From: Camelus dromedarius
Taxonomy: Eukaryota
Length of the DNA stretch: 64,000 nt
Assembly: GCF_036321535.1 (NCBI RefSeq)
Contig: NC_087437.1
Span: forward strand, 33,916,001-33,980,000
Direction: 5' to 3'
Of the stretch, positions 60,315 through 64,000 are shown piece by piece. A model generated the notes under the pieces. That model made no database searches. It had not been told where the DNA came from and saw nothing but the letters and a program-made list of their open reading frames with translations. Positions within the stretch are counted from its first letter, which is position 1, and each line of letters begins with the position of its first letter. The position numbers and the translations under genes are program-made.

Positions 60315-60650
60315 CGTCCCAAGGATGACAAGCTCAGACGCTTCCAGAGACCATGTAGGTGATTAATGAAAGCAGTGGGTTAAGTGGGAGTAGGCCGTGG
60401 TGAACTGGAGGGCGGGTCCCAGGGACAAATGGCAGCTGTTCCTCCGTACTCCTGACTCGTTGACTTTCCAGAACAGAGTCTCAGGCTTCTGGTACGTCAG
60501 GAGAAGCCCAAGACCCAGGCTTTTATGAGACGCATCTTGAATATTAAATGCATTGCAAATAGCTTTAGATAAACACGTAACTTCGTGGGCCTAAGAAACA
60601 GATCTACGGTTCAAAACATGGCCTTGGGCTGCCAGTTTTCCATCCCACAC
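60315..60650. mobile_element. MER102-like hAT-Charlie element
   Basis: GTGGGAGTAGGCCGTGGTGAACTGGAG...GGAGAAGCCCAAGACCCAGGCTTTTATG...GGGCTGCCAGTTTTCC. Confidence 0.6.
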
Positions 60651-61181
60651 TTAACCCAGTCCCTTCATTTTACAGGTGAGAAGCCTGAGACCCAAAGATG
60701 TTAGATGACTTACCTGAAGTGGGGATGGCTGGGGGTGCAGTAGGCTGAGGTGGGGGTGGCTGCTGAGAGGTTTGGTAAGAGTCTAGAAGTGAGAGATCTC
60801 AGGGAGGAAGACTCATAAGCAGTGTTGGTCTTGTTTACTGACACCAGAGTGACATTTACCTCCCTTCAATGCTTAAAGTAATTGTTAACAAAAATATGTA
60901 TGTGTATATATATATAATATTGTATATAAAAAATAACATTTAGAGGGACAAAAATAAGAGATACCTTACTTGCACACCTTCCTCTTTTTCACTTTATTTT
61001 TCTAGACATTCCATTTCTTAGAATTTACTTTTCTCTTTCATCTTCAAAGCAGGTCAAAAGTTGATTTGTTATTTGGATTCGGGAAAATGTATAAGGATTT
61101 ATTTTTCATTATTTATAAAGTATGAAAAGGGAGGGGCTCTTTAAGTACAGGTTGCCTTAAACGTAAACATAGACATGCATT

Positions 61182-61204
61182 CACACACACACACACACAC
61201 ACAC
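61182..61204 (+). repeat. (CA)n microsatellite
   Basis: Read directly. Confidence 0.9.
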
Positions 61205-61569
61205 TGCAGGATTTGTGGCCTCAGTTCTTTTATCTGTTGCACACTTATCCAAGACAGTTTAATTCCAAGGGCTGGTAGTAGGAGTGAGTTCTAATAAAAT
61301 TTCTTGTTATATAAGACCCAATGAAACTTTAACACTGCTGAATCATATTACAGTTTTATTTAATTGTAACTGTTACTTTATAATGTTTAGGAGAACCTGT
61401 TGAAAGTACAGAGCTTGGATAGTCGATTTTTTCCTCCTCTTTAGAACTATTGGCTCTAAGTTTTAAGTCAACAGATTTCAAACAAAGGAGACAAGTTTGG
61501 GGTGTTAATTTACTTTCCTTTGGAAACGTAGGAAATGTTCGCTTAGCTTTTTTTAAAAAAAAAAAAAAC

Positions 61570-61756
61570 ACCTTTTATTGTGGAATAACTTCAGATTTAC
61601 GGAGACGTTACAAAGATAGTACAGAAAGTTTCTGAATACCCTTTACCAGTTTCCCCGATGTTAACATCTTATATAGCTGCGGTACATTTGTCAAAACTAA
61701 GAAACGAACATTGGCACAATATTGTTACCTAAACTGCAGGCTTTAATTGGATTTAT
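61570..61756 (-). mobile_element. L1MC-like 3' end
   Basis: TTTTATTGTGGAATAACTTCAGATTTACGGAGACGTTACAAAGATAGTACAG...GGTACATTTGTCAAAACTAAG. Confidence 0.75.
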
Positions 61757-62074
61757 AGTAGCTTTTAAAATTAAGAAGATTGTATTAAAACTACCCAACA
61801 AAGGTAATAAATACCATATCCTTGTTGGCTGTGGCTTGAGGGGACAGGAGAGAGTTTGTCCTCCATATTGTCCCTCATCTCCCCACAAAGTCATCCCAAG
61901 TGAACTTGAAACCCAAATAAAAAATCTGCTAGTGTGTTTGCCTTATAAATGCATTTGGAGGACGAGTACCCCAGCTCCTCCAGCGAGGCCGCCTTCCCCC
62001 AGTCTCTCCATGTAGGAACCTGCAGCTGCCTGCGGGAAAGGGTTATGTGGTCAAGGGGCAGGGGAGGCAGGTGA

Positions 62075-62111
62075 ACACACACACACAGACACACACACAC
62101 AGGCACACACA

Positions 62112-62162
<51 letters not shown>
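62075..62162 (+). repeat. Interrupted (CA)n microsatellite, ~88 bp
   Basis: Read directly; the pure run is ~62114-62162. Confidence 0.95.
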
Positions 62163-62165
<3 letters not shown>

Positions 62166-64000
62166 GGCCTGAGGAGTGTGTGGCCCCTCCAAGCAGGAAG
62201 GCGGAGTGAGGGGGCTGTGTTGTGTCTGCTTTCATAGGGGCTGGGGCCAGCCACAAGTTGTCACTGTCCTTTGGAATGTTACTTGGCTTGCCAACATCCA
62301 GCTCTTTTGTTTGCTTGTTTTTTAGTGAGGGAGCAGCTTTTTGGCTCGGGAGTTTCCCTCTTTAAAGAGCCTGGTGGAATTGCGAAGGCTCTGAGAGCGG
62401 GCGCGCGGTGTGGAAGTTCCAGCAGGAGGGAGTGAGTTACGGTTGACTGGTGAGAGGTGGAAATGACCTGGGGGACACAGGCCACTCAAGCTGTGAAATG
62501 GGGGCGGTCAGGAGGAGCAGTTGGAGAGATCTCACAGACTAGAAATGGTGAGGAAAGGGGTGTGAGACTCTTGTAAAAATGGAAAAGGAAGGGATGTTGG
62601 CATGTTAGAATGTTCAAAATTCGCTGACTGATTGAATAATCTGAATTTTCAAAACTAAACTGGTTGTGGGCTCCAGGCACAGTGTTGTCAGCAATGGGAG
62701 GAATTCTCATAAGGAGGGCTTCCCGGCTCTCAGTCACTGCCTTTGGGTGGCCTGGCTTGGCTGACAGGATCAGTGATTTCCTCTTAAGCCTTGTTCAGAT
62801 TTCCCAGAATTCTTTTACTAATGACACGTTCAATGTGTTGTGGATTTTGATACTACTAACTGAACGTTTCTTTCAACAAAACCCATATAATCAGATTGAA
62901 AACCATGTATTTTCTAGACCAAAATGTTTTGACTAGCTGCTCCAATGTATGTACTCCCTTTAATCTCATTAGCTGTTGTGTGGGGACGGGACAGCGGGGC
63001 AGCGCCCATCTCTATATTCTGCATGTCTTCCTCCTGTAGATATTCATGGGTTCACGGCACCAGTTACCCTTCCTTATAGCACCCAGATTCCTTTTAGGGG
63101 CTTACCTCTTCCCTGCTGTGTGTGATTTTGGGGGGAGGGCGTCACTAGTGGCTGATTCATGCTCTGGGAGCCTCAGCCCCAGATTCCCCCTCCCTTGGCC
63201 CTGCTGCAGGTGGAAGGGCTCCCCCGGGACTCTGAGCCTAGCACACTTGCTCAAGGCCCTCAGCAGCAGTGGGAGCCTCCTCGCGGGGTGACTTCTCCCG
63301 AGCCCTGCCCACGAAGGGACCACGGCCCTGGCCTCTGCTTCCCAACCTCCCCTGCCTCCCTTGGTTCCTCAGCGTCCGCCTCCAGTTGATTCTGTGGGCT
63401 TCAGTCAGTCAGCATTAGTTTTATTGCTTTCAAATTGGGAACCCTGACTGATAACAGCAGCAGTCTCTTGACTTCTGCCTCAGATTCAAACATGACAGTT
63501 GTGGGCCCAATAGCACTAGGAAGACGTCTTTAAGGTGTCTTTGAGTCTTTCACAGAATCATTGGATATCAAAGGTGGAATGGACCTTAGAGTTCTTCTGG
63601 CCCAGGGCAGGGTGACTCATGCTGGGCACAGTCCCCTTCATTTTACAGGTGAGGAAATAACCACACAGGATGAAAGAGACTTTCAGGGTGTCATAAACAG
63701 AACACGCCACATTGGCATCCTGCACCAACACCTCATGACTCATCTGCCCCGGGCATCTTGTCCTCACATCCTCCTTCTGCTTCCCTGTTCCTGTGACCCT
63801 TGGTACCAATTTATAGGGTGACTGGCCAGAATTTGAAGGCAGCATCTGTGGCCTTGGAGAGGGTCAAAGCTCACTGGACCACAGTGGGATTCAGTCTATG
63901 GCTGGTGGTGGTGTAACCCATATTCAAATACTGAGCTGAAAGACACCCTCTGATGCCAGTCCAGACGTGTCCTCTTGATGCAGCTCAGATGTTGCATAAG

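Noticed and set aside
1..64000. Remaining short ORFs, other SCHIP1/IQCJ exons, CRISPR-like arrays or prokaryote-type systems
   Set aside because: The ORFs are of the length expected by chance or lie in repeats. No IQCJ peptide or downstream SCHIP1 peptide (AQKNERESIRQK...) is visible. There are no regularly spaced repeat-spacer arrays, and the sequence is mammalian intron.

Overview
Mammalian genomic DNA, almost certainly camelid: it carries two tRNA-Ala-headed Vic-1-type SINEs and cetartiodactyl-type L1 3' ends. The window lies inside the large IQCJ-SCHIP1/SCHIP1 gene (+ strand). The only genuine coding sequence is one 693-bp phase 0-0 exon (48943-49635, [10 protein letters not shown]...RTNSTS) in a ~2.3-kb CpG island. 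The rest is intron rich in old and young transposable elements (L1, L2, MIR, MaLR/ERVL LTRs, hAT and Tc1/mariner MITEs). A full-length processed cytochrome c pseudogene (25706-27028) retains its target-site duplications, and its poly(A) tail has turned into a (GATA)n microsatellite. I see no novel multi-gene system. The most interesting unexplained structures are a 71-bp templated copy of one LTR pasted into another LTR 1.9 kb away, a twin-primed inverted L1, a CpG-dense perfect palindrome holding two inverted XRE motifs, and signs of an internal promoter and possible intronic poly(A) site around the SCHIP1 exon. Repeat family names and human sequence comparisons come from recalled consensus sequences, not from a search, and most repeat boundaries are approximate.
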